Source of the DNA: Treponema sp.
GTDB lineage: Bacteria; Spirochaetota; Spirochaetia; Treponematales; Treponemataceae
NCBI GenBank assembly: GCA_045586625.1
Contig: JAZNAS010000108.1
Location: 28,467-92,466 of the forward strand
Length of the DNA stretch: 64,000 nt
Reading direction: 5' to 3'
A model generated the notes under the pieces. That model worked only from the letters and a program-made list of their open reading frames with translations, was not told the origin of the DNA and ran no database searches. Positions 27,837 to 37,244 of this stretch are shown in pieces (position 1 is the first letter of the stretch; every line of letters begins with the position of its first letter). A program made the position numbers and the translations under genes.

Positions 27837-29573
27837 ATGTTCAGTAAAACCCTTTGGAAGGTGCAGGATAGAAAGGCATTACGGTGTCAAGGTGCAGTGC
27901 TTGCTTTATCACTTGGTTCTGGAGCCTGTACTGCAGCACAGGCACTTGTGGTAGCTCGGATTGTAAATCGTATTTTCTTTTTGCAGCAGGCTCTAGCTTC
28001 GGTCTACACGCTTTTTATTGTGTTGGTGGCAATCATTTTATTGCGGGGCTTGTTCCAGTGGATGGAGGAGCATTTTGCCTTGAAGGTTGCAGGCTTGGTA
28101 AAGCATACTCTGTTGGACAAGCTGCTGGAGCAGGTGGGAGTGTTGGGGCCCGGTGAAATGGAGCATCACCAGCGGGGAGAATTTTTCACCCTCTTGACCC
28201 AAGGTTTGGGTAATCTTGACGTGTATTTTTGCCGCTATTTGCCACAGCTTTTTAAAAGTGCATTGATTCCTGTGGCTTATTTAATTGTAGTTTTTCCCCT
28301 TGATTGGATTTCTGGTCTTATCTTTTTAATCGCCACTCCCTTGATTCCCGGCTTTATGATGTTGATTGGAAAATGGAGCCGCAAAATGGCTGGTTCAAGT
28401 TGGGAGGCCATGGCTCGTATGGGGGGCTATTTGCAGGATGTGCTGGCGGGACTTGCCACTCTGCGGAATTGGAATCGTGAGTATCAGCAGGAAAAAAAGA
28501 TTCGCAAGGTAAGCGATGATTTTCGCCTTGCTTCCATGAAAACCTTGCGGGTTGCCTTTCTTTCTGCCTTGACTTTAGAATTGTTTACCACCATCAGTAT
28601 TGCACTGGTGGCTGTAGGCTTGGGAATCCGACTGGCAGATGGACGAGAGGTTTTTGAGGTGGCTCTGTTTATCATTTTGTTGGCACCAGAATATTTTCAG
28701 CCCCTGCGTCAGTTGGGACAGCGGTACCATGACAGCCAGAATGCCATTCTTTCTGCCGACCAAATGTTTGGCTTTTTAGCGCGAGTCTCATCTGCAAAGA
28801 AGACTCAAGAAGAGAAGGATACAGATTTTACAAAGAATTTGGAGCTGTCGGAAAACCGTCCGCCACAGGTGGCTTTGAAAAATCTTTCCTTCAGCTGGGG
28901 AGAGCGAGACGTTTTGAACGATATCCACCTTCAGCTGGAGCCAGGCGAAATTTATGCAGTGGCTGGAAGAAGCGGTGCGGGAAAAACCACCTTGCTGCGG
29001 ATTTTAGCAGGAGCCCTCACTCAGAAAACTGGAGAGTACCAGGTAAATGGACAGGATTTCCAAGGATGGAGTCATCTTGCCATGATTCCTGCCCAGCCTT
29101 ATTTTTTTCATGGAAGCCTTTTGGAAAACATTACCCTGGGGCGGGATATTTCTGTGGAACGGGTGCAGGAGGTGTGTCGGATTATTGGGGCTGAGGATTT
29201 TATCTTGCAGCTGCCTCAGGGCTACAACACCCTGCTGGGACAGGAGGGGATAAGGCTTTCTGGTGGCCAAGGTCAGCTGGTGTCTATTGCTAGGGCCATG
29301 GTGGATGAAAACAGAAATGGACTTTTGCTTTGTGATGAGGCTACCAGCAGCTTGGATGCCCAGACAGAGGGCGTGGTGGAGGCTGCCTTGGATAGATTGT
29401 ATGCCGGACGGACAGTATTGATTAGTGCCCATCGTCTCCATACCCTGGAGCGGGCAAAGAAGATATTTGTGCTGGAAGAGGGAAGGATTGTGCAGCAGGG
29501 AAGCTATCAGGATTTATCTCAGGATAAAAGTGGGGCCTTTGCCCGTATGCTGCAGGAGGGATTGGCGGTATGA
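27837..29573 (+). CDS. cydD: thiol-reductant ABC exporter subunit CydD
   Basis: Six-TM domain plus an NBD with Walker A GRSGAGKTT and signature LSGGQGQ. ATG 27837 is preferred over 27744. Confidence 0.85.
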   Translation: MFSKTLWKVQDRKALRCQGAVLALSLGSGACTAAQALVVARIVNRIFFLQQALASVYTLFIVLVAIILLRGLFQWMEEHFALKVAGLVKHTLLDKLLEQVGVLGPGEMEHHQRGEFFTLLTQGLGNLDVYFCRYLPQLFKSALIPVAYLIVVFPLDWISGLIFLIATPLIPGFMMLIGKWSRKMAGSSWEAMARMGGYLQDVLAGLATLRNWNREYQQEKKIRKVSDDFRLASMKTLRVAFLSALTLELFTTISIALVAVGLGIRLADGREVFEVALFIILLAPEYFQPLRQLGQRYHDSQNAILSADQMFGFLARVSSAKKTQEEKDTDFTKNLELSENRPPQVALKNLSFSWGERDVLNDIHLQLEPGEIYAVAGRSGAGKTTLLRILAGALTQKTGEYQVNGQDFQGWSHLAMIPAQPYFFHGSLLENITLGRDISVERVQEVCRIIGAEDFILQLPQGYNTLLGQEGIRLSGGQGQLVSIARAMVDENRNGLLLCDEATSSLDAQTEGVVEAALDRLYAGRTVLISAHRLHTLERAKKIFVLEEGRIVQQGSYQDLSQDKSGAFARMLQEGLAV

Positions 29574-31318
29574 GTAAAAAAACTTCTGGAATCAAGGCAT
29601 TGTTTGCCCTGTTGCGGCCTTACTTGTTGCCCATGATGGGGACTGCGGTGGTGGGTGCCATGACAATCGTTGCCAACACCGGGCTTTTGGCTGTGTCTGC
29701 CATCCTCATCAGTATGGCTGCCCTTATGCCTCCCTTGCTGGACTTGATGCCCATGTCTGCTGCAGTGCGGTTATGCGGAATCTCCCGTGCCCTGTTTCGA
29801 TATTGGGAGCGGCTGGCCAGCCATTCCATTACCCTCAAGCTTTTGTCTGATTTACGGGTGTGGTATTATCAGCAGCTTTTGCCCTTGGTGCCTGGTGGGG
29901 TAGGGAATAAGACTGCCCGACTTTTTAAAACCATTACTGATGACATTGAGATTCTCAAATTCTTTTATCTACGAGTAGTTGCCACTCCCTTGACGGCCTT
30001 GGTGGCCTTGATTATAGCCTCTGTGGTGCTGGCCTTTTTCCTGCCGGTGGCAATTCCCATTTTGTGGCTGGCCTCAGCCTTGAACGGTGTCATTCTTCCC
30101 ATTTTATCCCGCCGTAACGGAAGAGCAAATGCAGAAGCTGCCCAAGCCCATGAGTTGGGGTATCATCAAAAGCTACAGGATTATGTGGAGGGGCTTGATG
30201 CCTTGTGGACCTATAACCGATGGAAGCCCATGGCTGCCACCGTATTGCAATCATTTATGGAGGGGAACAAGGTTCGCATGGATGCAGAGGTTCGTCGGGG
30301 AAGGCTCAATGCCCTTTCTGGAGTGATTTCTGGCTTGGCAATGGCTTCAACCCTCTTTTTCAGCGCCCAGGCTGTGGCCTCTGGCCAGCTGGAGGGAATC
30401 TATCTTTTGTCCGTTGCCCTGATAGTATTCGGTATCATGGAGGCGGTGCAGCCCCTGCCCCTGGCAGTTTCCTACTATTACGATAGTGTGGCTGCCATAG
30501 AGGATATGCTTGTAGTGACGGAGGGCAAACCAACGGGGCTTCCTCGCTTTGGAGAAGGCTCTGGAATACGGTGTGATGCAGTCCAGGAAGAAGCCACGAG
30601 CACTGAGGTTTCTTCTGGTGAATCTGGCTCCCACAATGCCATTCCCTTGGACATTGAATTTGTTGGGGTGGATTTTACCTATCCTGCCGGCAAAAAGCCT
30701 GCTCTGCAAAGGGTGAGCCTTACCTTTCCGGCAAAAAGCAAGACTGCCATTATCGGTCATATCGGCAGTGGAAAAAGCAGTCTCGCCTCCCTGCTCATGG
30801 GAGAATACATGCCTCAGCAGGGGGAGATTTTGCTGGGGGGGCGTTCCCTAAAGCAATGGGGAAAGGAGGCCGTGGTAGCCCAGATTTCCTTGGTAAACCA
30901 GCAGCCCTATGTTTTTACTGCCACACTGCGAGAGAATTTGCAATTGGCTGTCAAACAGCCAGAACTGGTTACCGATGATGCCTTGTGGGCTGCCTTGGAA
31001 TGGGCAGACTTAGCCCAGATGGTAAAATCCTTACCCCAGGGGCTCGATACCCTTTTGTCTCCCAATGCCCAGAATTTTTCCGCCGGGGAGCGGCAGCGTC
31101 TTGCCCTTGCCCGCATGAAGCTGGAGGACAAGCCCATCGTCATCCTGGACGAGGCCTTGAAGAATCTGGACAACATCACTTCCCGTGCCCTTTTGGAAAA
31201 AATCCTTGAATTCTGCCAGGAGCGGAGCTTGCTCTTCATCACCCATGATCTCCGTCATCCTGCACAAATGGATGCAGTGCTGAGGATGGAAGGGGGAAGG
31301 GTGGTCTCTTATTTGTAG
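29570..31318 (+). CDS. cydC: thiol-reductant ABC exporter subunit CydC
   Basis: ATGA overlap with cydD. Walker A GHIGSGKSS and signature FSAGERQR are present. Confidence 0.85.
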   Translation: MSKKTSGIKALFALLRPYLLPMMGTAVVGAMTIVANTGLLAVSAILISMAALMPPLLDLMPMSAAVRLCGISRALFRYWERLASHSITLKLLSDLRVWYYQQLLPLVPGGVGNKTARLFKTITDDIEILKFFYLRVVATPLTALVALIIASVVLAFFLPVAIPILWLASALNGVILPILSRRNGRANAEAAQAHELGYHQKLQDYVEGLDALWTYNRWKPMAATVLQSFMEGNKVRMDAEVRRGRLNALSGVISGLAMASTLFFSAQAVASGQLEGIYLLSVALIVFGIMEAVQPLPLAVSYYYDSVAAIEDMLVVTEGKPTGLPRFGEGSGIRCDAVQEEATSTEVSSGESGSHNAIPLDIEFVGVDFTYPAGKKPALQRVSLTFPAKSKTAIIGHIGSGKSSLASLLMGEYMPQQGEILLGGRSLKQWGKEAVVAQISLVNQQPYVFTATLRENLQLAVKQPELVTDDALWAALEWADLAQMVKSLPQGLDTLLSPNAQNFSAGERQRLALARMKLEDKPIVILDEALKNLDNITSRALLEKILEFCQERSLLFITHDLRHPAQMDAVLRMEGGRVVSYL

Positions 31319-31347
31319 AATTCATCTATACTTGTCAAATTATACTA

Positions 31348-31378
31348 TTTAGTGTACAGTATCACTAAAGTTTTTTTT
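31348..31378 (+). terminator. weak AT-rich hairpin plus T8 after cydC
   Basis: TTTAGTG / CACTAAA 7-bp stem followed by G and T8. Confidence 0.4.
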
Positions 31379-31394
31379 AGGAGAATAGAAAAAG

Positions 31395-32207
31395 ATGAAA
31401 AAAATCTTTTCAATCATGTTGGTTTGCCTCATGGCTGCTTCCCTTGCCTTTGCTGGTGGAAAGAAGGAGTCTGGTGTTGACAATTCCCTGGAGGATTTGA
31501 AGGCCCGTGGCGTATTTGTTTTGGGCTTGGATGACGCGTTCCCCCCGCTGGGATTCCGTGATGATGCCAATAACATTGTTGGCTACGACATCGATTTGGC
31601 TGCCGAGGTTTGCAAGCGCCTTGGTGTTGAGCTGAAGTGCCAGCCCATTGACTGGGCCGCCAAGGAGCAGGAGCTGAACACAGGCAACATTGACTGTATC
31701 TGGAACGGCTTCACCATGACACCTGAGCGTGAGGCTACTCTTTCCTTCACCAAGCCCTATCTGGACAATGCCCAGGTGGTGATTGTTCGTGGTGACGCTG
31801 GCATCGCTTCCCTGGCTGATTTGGCCGGAAAGAAGGTTGGTCTTCAGGCTGGCTCCAGTGCTGCCGACGCTGTGGATGCAAATCCTGAGTTCAAGGCCTC
31901 TCTGGATGAGGTGGTGGAGTTCAAGGACAACCTGACTGCCCTGATGGACTTGGAAATCGGCGGCGTTGATGCCGTTGTGATGGACATGGTTGTTGGCAAC
32001 TACAGCATCATGACAACAGGTAAGAACTTTGTGGTTCTTGGTGAGAGCCTGTCCTCAGAAAAGTACGGCATTGGTTTCCGCAAGGCTGACGTAAAGCTCC
32101 GTGATGAGGTACAGAAGATTCTTGAGGAGATGGCTGCTGACGGTACTGTTGCCGCTATTTCTGCCAAGTGGTTTGGCTCTGATATTTCTGTAATCGGAAA
32201 GAACTAG
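31395..32207 (+). CDS. polar amino-acid ABC transporter substrate-binding protein
   Basis: Signal peptide MKKIFSIMLVCLMAASLAFAGG, and family-3 SBP motifs GYDIDLA..., IDCIWNGFTMTPER. Confidence 0.88.
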   Translation: MKKIFSIMLVCLMAASLAFAGGKKESGVDNSLEDLKARGVFVLGLDDAFPPLGFRDDANNIVGYDIDLAAEVCKRLGVELKCQPIDWAAKEQELNTGNIDCIWNGFTMTPEREATLSFTKPYLDNAQVVIVRGDAGIASLADLAGKKVGLQAGSSAADAVDANPEFKASLDEVVEFKDNLTALMDLEIGGVDAVVMDMVVGNYSIMTTGKNFVVLGESLSSEKYGIGFRKADVKLRDEVQKILEEMAADGTVAAISAKWFGSDISVIGKN

Positions 32208-32225
32208 TTTATAGGGGCGGCTGGT

Positions 32226-32861
32226 ATGGAAAAGTTGCTGATGGTATTGCTGCAGGGGTCTCTTGTATCAATCAAGATATTTTGCTTGACCCTCTTGTTT
32301 TCCCTGCCCTTGGGACTTCCCCTGGCAGCCGCCCGAATGTCTAAAAATGTATTTATTTCTTGGCCGGCTCGAGTATTCTTGCTGGCAATTCGGGGAACTC
32401 CCCTTATTCTCCAATTGATATTCGTGTACTTTGCTCCCTCTTATCTTTTCAAGGTCTCCTACGACAGATTTACTGCTGCCATTGTGGCCATGTCCATCAA
32501 CTATGCAGCCTACTTTGCAGAGATTTATCGTGGTGGCATTGGGTCCATTCCTGCAGGTCAATATGAGGCTGGCAAGGTCTTGGGCTTTACCCGAATGCAG
32601 ACCTTCTTCCGCATTGTGCTTCCCCAGGTGGTGAAGCGGATTCTGCCCGCCACTGGCAACGAGGTCATTACCCTCGTAAAGGATACGGCCTTGGCCCAGG
32701 TTATCGGTGTGTCAGAATTGTTCCGTGCCGCCCAAAATGCAGCAAGCCGTGAATTTTCCACCATGCCCATCTTTGTGGCGGGTGTCTTTTATTTCGTCAT
32801 GAACTGGATTGTTTCTGCGGTATTCCTCCGCATAGAAAAAAAACTGGATTACTACAAGTAG
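32226..32861 (+). CDS. polar amino-acid ABC transporter permease
   Basis: His/Glu/Gln/Arg-type permease. The EAA-like loop is AGKVLGFTRMQTFFRIVLPQ. Confidence 0.88.
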   Translation: MEKLLMVLLQGSLVSIKIFCLTLLFSLPLGLPLAAARMSKNVFISWPARVFLLAIRGTPLILQLIFVYFAPSYLFKVSYDRFTAAIVAMSINYAAYFAEIYRGGIGSIPAGQYEAGKVLGFTRMQTFFRIVLPQVVKRILPATGNEVITLVKDTALAQVIGVSELFRAAQNAASREFSTMPIFVAGVFYFVMNWIVSAVFLRIEKKLDYYK

Positions 32862-32870
32862 GAGGATATC

Positions 32871-33623
32871 ATGTCAGAGGTTATTGTACAGGTGGAAAAT
32901 CTTTCCAAGTCCTTTGGCTCACTGGAGGTCATTCGTGATGTGTCCTTTACCGTGGGGCGAGGGGAGGTGCTGGGAATTATTGGACCTTCAGGCTCCGGCA
33001 AGTCCACCATGCTCCGCTGCATCACCCAGCTGGAAAAGGTTTCCGGCGGCTCCATCAGTATTTGTGGCAAGCAGATGGTACAGGATGGAGTGTATGCAAA
33101 TAAGAAGGAGCTTCACCAAATCGGCTTGAATGTAGGGCTGGTGTTCCAGAGCTTCAATCTTTTTCCCCATTTCACTGTTTTACGAAATATTACCGAGGCT
33201 CAGATTCACGTGCTTGGACGCAGCATGATTCAGGCCCAGCAGCGAGGACGGGAGCTTTTGGCAAAGATGGGGCTTTCTGACAAGGAAAATGCCTATCCCT
33301 GCGAGCTTTCTGGGGGACAGCAGCAGCGTGTATCCATAGCCCGTGCCCTGGCCCTTGATCCCCAAGTCTTGTTCTTTGACGAGCCCACCAGTGCCCTTGA
33401 CCCCGAGCTGACGGGAGAAATCCTCAAGGTTATCCGGGAGCTGGCCGCCGAGCACATGACCATGGTGGTGGTAACCCACGAAATGGCCTTTGCTAGGGAC
33501 TTGTCCGACAGGATTATCTTTATGGACGGTGGTGTCATCGTAGAGCAGGGATTGGCTCAAGATGTAATCAACAATCCCCAGCAGGAAAGAACAAGGGCAT
33601 TCTTGAGTCGCTTTCAATCTTAG
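32871..33623 (+). CDS. polar amino-acid ABC transporter ATP-binding protein
   Basis: Walker A GPSGSGKST, signature LSGGQQQRV, Walker B VLFFDEPTSALD. Confidence 0.93.
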   Translation: MSEVIVQVENLSKSFGSLEVIRDVSFTVGRGEVLGIIGPSGSGKSTMLRCITQLEKVSGGSISICGKQMVQDGVYANKKELHQIGLNVGLVFQSFNLFPHFTVLRNITEAQIHVLGRSMIQAQQRGRELLAKMGLSDKENAYPCELSGGQQQRVSIARALALDPQVLFFDEPTSALDPELTGEILKVIRELAAEHMTMVVVTHEMAFARDLSDRIIFMDGGVIVEQGLAQDVINNPQQERTRAFLSRFQS

Positions 33624-33706
33624 GATTATCAGTTCTCCTGTGAAATCATTTCCCCGCCAAGCTGATTTTAAGGTTATTTTAATATTCCCTACTACAATGA
33701 ATTCTT

Positions 33707-34384
33707 ATGAGATTGTTGTTGGCTGAAGACGAGTGGCATCTTTCCAGTGCGCTCTGTGAGATTCTTTCAAAGCAAAAGTATGATGTAGACCCTGTGTACG
33801 ACGGTAAAAATGCCTTGGAGTACATTCGTAGCGGGGTGTATGATTTAGTGATTCTCGACATCATGATGCCAAAAATGGATGGTATTTCTGTGCTGAGAAC
33901 AATCCGTGGAGAGAAAATCTCGATTCCTGTGCTGATGCTCACGGCTCGTGACGAGGTGCAGGACAAGGTAAGCGGCCTTGATTTTGGCGCCGATGACTAT
34001 ATGACCAAGCCCTTTTCCACCGATGAGCTTTTGGCCCGTGTCCGTGCACTGACTCGCCGCCGAGGTGAGCTTATGCTGGATGTGCTGGAATACAAGGATT
34101 TAGTCTTGAATCCCAAGAATATGGAGCTTTCCACTCAAAATGGTGATAGTACCAACAAGATTTCCCTTTCTCAAAAGGAATTTCACATTATGGAAATGCT
34201 TCTGCAGAATCCCTGCCAAATCCTTACCAAGGAGCGAATCATCGAAAAGATTTGGGGTGGGGACTCCAATGCTGAGCACAACAATCTTGAGGTATTCATT
34301 TCTTTCATTAGAAAGAAGATTCGTTTTCTTGGTTCCTCCGTGGAAATCAGAACAAGCCGTGGTGTAGGATATTCTTTGGTATGA
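33707..34384 (+). CDS. OmpR-family response regulator
   Basis: Receiver domain MRLLLAEDE...LVILDIMMPKMDG and a winged-helix C-terminus ...IRTSRGVGYSL. Confidence 0.92.
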   Translation: MRLLLAEDEWHLSSALCEILSKQKYDVDPVYDGKNALEYIRSGVYDLVILDIMMPKMDGISVLRTIRGEKISIPVLMLTARDEVQDKVSGLDFGADDYMTKPFSTDELLARVRALTRRRGELMLDVLEYKDLVLNPKNMELSTQNGDSTNKISLSQKEFHIMEMLLQNPCQILTKERIIEKIWGGDSNAEHNNLEVFISFIRKKIRFLGSSVEIRTSRGVGYSLV

Positions 34385-35766
34385 AGGTTATAAAGCGGCT
34401 GCAACGAAAGATGGTGGTGACTGTGCTGGTGATTCAGGCCATTGTCTTTGCCTTGGTGCTTATTTCCCTAAATCTTATGGTATCTTTTTCTGTGTTACGG
34501 GAAATGAAGGGCTCTCTCCATCATTTTGTACGTCATAATATCCCGATTCTGGAAGAGCGTCGTGACTGGGTGCAAAGCCGCATGAAGGATATTCCCTTGC
34601 CAGAATCTCAGGTGCCCCTTCGCAATCAAAATACACCTCCAAACGATGAAAATGCTTGGCGTAATTTTTTTACCAATGTCATGCCCTTTGCCAACGAAAA
34701 TCTTGCCAAGAATTTTTTCGGCATAACCTACGATATGGAGGGTAAGCTGGCTTCTATCCTCGATTCATTTCCCCGCTACACTGATGAAGAGATGAATGAG
34801 CTGATAAATCTTGGCTTGGACTTGGAATTTACAGAAAAACCCAAAATGTTTTTTTCCTCCATGGGAAGCTTTTTGTATATCAAGAAAAATACCAATCAAG
34901 GCTCCTTGGTAGCATTGGCGGATTTGACCAGAGAAATGAAAACTGCCGGCCGCATGATGCTGATAAGCGTAGGAATTTACCTTCTTTCCATCATGATTTC
35001 TGCTGCGGTGGCTTGGTTCGTGGCACGACGCTCGGTGCGGCCGGTGCAAGATGCCTTTGAGACACAAAAGCAGTTTATTGCAGATGCCGGCCACGAGCTG
35101 AAAACTCCAGTTTCTGTGGTTGCTGCCAATGCAGATGCTCTTTCTGGGGAAATTGGAGACAATAAGTGGTTGAATTATATTAAAAGCGAGACAGACCGTA
35201 TGGCCCGTCTTATCAATGACTTGTTGTACTTGGCAAAAAATGATGCAGGTCGTATGCCCTTGGTCTATTCCTCTGTTGATGTGAGCCGAGTGGTGGAGGC
35301 TGCCGTGCTTCCCTTTGAAAGCATTGTCTACGAGCAGGACAAGGAGCTTGAGCTTGATATTCAAGAAGGTGTTCAATGGGTATGTGATGGCGGTGGCATA
35401 AGCCAGATTGTGGTGATTTTACTGGACAATGCTATAAAAAACTCATCTGCAGGGGCAAAAATCAAGGTGTCATTGGCTATGGAGGGAAATCGCCGTGGGA
35501 GCCGTAGTCAGGGAAAATTCGGCAAGAGTCACAGCCATCCTGTGATTACCGTGTACAACCAAGGGGAGGGACTCTCAGAGGATGAGATAAAGCAGATTTT
35601 CAAGCGGTTTTATCGCAGCGATTCCTCCCGCACCCGCACCACAGGGGGGTGCGGCCTTGGACTTTCCATTGCCCAAGCCATAGCCCAGGCCCATCAAGGA
35701 AGCATCGTAGTGGAGGGATGCCAGGGACAGTGGATTTCCTTTAGCCTTCACCTGGGCTTGGTGTAG
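34381..35766 (+). CDS. sensor histidine kinase
   Basis: ATGA overlap with the regulator. It has two TM helices, the H-box ADAGHELKTPVS, and N/G boxes LLDNAIKNS...GGCGLGLSIAQ. Confidence 0.9.
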   Translation: MKVIKRLQRKMVVTVLVIQAIVFALVLISLNLMVSFSVLREMKGSLHHFVRHNIPILEERRDWVQSRMKDIPLPESQVPLRNQNTPPNDENAWRNFFTNVMPFANENLAKNFFGITYDMEGKLASILDSFPRYTDEEMNELINLGLDLEFTEKPKMFFSSMGSFLYIKKNTNQGSLVALADLTREMKTAGRMMLISVGIYLLSIMISAAVAWFVARRSVRPVQDAFETQKQFIADAGHELKTPVSVVAANADALSGEIGDNKWLNYIKSETDRMARLINDLLYLAKNDAGRMPLVYSSVDVSRVVEAAVLPFESIVYEQDKELELDIQEGVQWVCDGGGISQIVVILLDNAIKNSSAGAKIKVSLAMEGNRRGSRSQGKFGKSHSHPVITVYNQGEGLSEDEIKQIFKRFYRSDSSRTRTTGGCGLGLSIAQAIAQAHQGSIVVEGCQGQWISFSLHLGLV

Positions 35767-36262
35767 CAAAAAAATCCTGCAATAGGGGAGTAATTTCATC
35801 CAATCCTGCGATGGGCTCCAGGATGAGGCTGTAGTTTTCCCTTGGCTGTTGGCGCTCGTGGTGGAATCGTATTTTGAGCAATCGAGGTTTTTCTTTAAAG
35901 AAAGGAAGCAGTCTTTTAAGGGAGAAAAGCCCCTGTTCTTGAGATAGGGGCTCCAATGTATGGAGGCTTTCTCGTGGGATGTAAAGATATTGCTCCCGTG
36001 GGGGCTTGCCGTTGGTGGCATTTCTGAACATGGTAGCCAGGGCACTTTCAGAGGCATGGACAAAAAAATGAATTCCCTGCTGGCCAAAAATCAATAGTCC
36101 CCAGAGCATACTTTGTCCTGGAGGAAATTCCAGTCCCAATTCCTTCACCACATAAGCTGGTGTCTCTACAATTTTTGCCATCACCAGTTTTTTTATGGAA
36201 TCACCAGTTAGCTGATGAAACTCCCGTTCAAATTCCTTAAAGCTGGTTTTGGGAATCATCAC
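35741..36262 (-). CDS. hypothetical cytoplasmic protein
   Basis: 173-aa ORF with no recognisable motifs. It overlaps the convergent kinase gene by 26 nt and the upstream small gene by 26 nt. Confidence 0.5.
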   Translation of the reverse strand: MMIPKTSFKEFEREFHQLTGDSIKKLVMAKIVETPAYVVKELGLEFPPGQSMLWGLLIFGQQGIHFFVHASESALATMFRNATNGKPPREQYLYIPRESLHTLEPLSQEQGLFSLKRLLPFFKEKPRLLKIRFHHERQQPRENYSLILEPIAGLDEITPLLQDFFATPSPGEG

Positions 36263-36473
36263 TATCCTCCGATTTTTCCTGTTTATTTTCCTTTTTCATG
36301 AGAATGGTGGTGTAAATGGCAATACCCACTGCTGCCAGGGAAAAGAATCCCACGGTAACCACATTCATCAGGGGAGAGGCAGGGGCTCCTTCCTGAATAT
36401 CCTTTATAAGACTGTAGGCGGTATATCCGCAGTAGGCTGCCACAAGGTAATAAATGGTAAATCGCTTGCTCAT
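36237..36473 (-). CDS. small two-TM membrane protein with an acidic tail
   Basis: ATG 36473 gives a 78-aa product, MSKRFTIYYLVAAYCGYTAYSL...VGFFSLAAVGIAIYTTILM...EKSEDSDDSQNQL. The 200-aa version in the ORF track runs antisense through the next gene. Confidence 0.5.
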   Translation of the reverse strand: MSKRFTIYYLVAAYCGYTAYSLIKDIQEGAPASPLMNVVTVGFFSLAAVGIAIYTTILMKKENKQEKSEDSDDSQNQL

Positions 36474-36480
36474 GGATAAA

Positions 36481-36509
36481 AGTATATCCTCTTCCAGGGA
36501 ATAAGACAA
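36481..36509 (-). promoter_or_regulatory. candidate promoter giving a leaderless transcript of the small membrane protein
   Basis: Minus strand reads TTGTCT-17-TATACT, then 7 nt, then ATG 36473. Confidence 0.45.
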
Positions 36510-36569
36510 TGGATAGAATCGTCTTGTATTATCCTTAAAATTCCGATATGATTTTACAACGAGGTTTTT

Positions 36570-37187
36570 ATGCGAAAAGAATTTCTTCCCTATGACAAGG
36601 TTCGGAACAATGCTTTGAAATTGGCTCATAAGATTCACAAAGATGACTTTATTCCCGATGTGATTTATGTATCCCTTCGTGGTGGCGCCTACATGGCAAA
36701 TGTTATCAGTGAGTACTTTAAAATTGCCCGAAAGGATTTCCGCCCGGTGTTGTATGCCGCTGTAGTGGCCCGCTCCTATTCCGATATTCGTCAGCGTGAC
36801 AGGGTGATGGTGGATGGTTGGACCTATTCCCCGGAGCATTTGCGTCCTGGGGACAAGATTCTTCTCGTGGATGATATCTTTGATTCTGGAAAGACGATTA
36901 ACTATTTGGTGGAGGTTTTACTGGAAAAGGGGATTCCCCGCAAGGACATCAAGGTTGCAGTCCATGACTACAAGTATTTTACCTATTATGAGGAACAATT
37001 GCCTATCCAGCCAGATTATTTCTGCCGTAAATTTACCATAACAAAGCCTGAAGAGGACTTGTGGATTCATTATATGAGCCATGAGCTTATTGGCCTATCC
37101 CAGCAGGAGTTGGAAGAGCATTATTTCAAGGAAGATCCTGAATTGAGAGAGGTATTTGAATCTTTGGGGACCAATGGAAAATTGTAA
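36570..37187 (+). CDS. phosphoribosyltransferase (purine PRT-like)
   Basis: PRPP-binding loop ILLVDDIFDSGKTI. TTGTAT-17-TATGAT and GAGG lie upstream. Confidence 0.8.
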   Translation: MRKEFLPYDKVRNNALKLAHKIHKDDFIPDVIYVSLRGGAYMANVISEYFKIARKDFRPVLYAAVVARSYSDIRQRDRVMVDGWTYSPEHLRPGDKILLVDDIFDSGKTINYLVEVLLEKGIPRKDIKVAVHDYKYFTYYEEQLPIQPDYFCRKFTITKPEEDLWIHYMSHELIGLSQQELEEHYFKEDPELREVFESLGTNGKL

Positions 37188-37244
37188 GGCAACAGATTAC
37201 ACTTATAAAGGAATCTGTTCCATATAACGACAGGAGCTTGTAGA

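Noticed and set aside
36474-36569. Possible purine riboswitch upstream of the phosphoribosyltransferase. I also looked for TPP or c-di-AMP riboswitches upstream of dxs, thiI and the ABC importer.
   Set aside because: The leaders are short. I could not find the conserved purine, TPP or ydaO core sequences by eye. A covariance-model scan (Rfam/Infernal) would be decisive.
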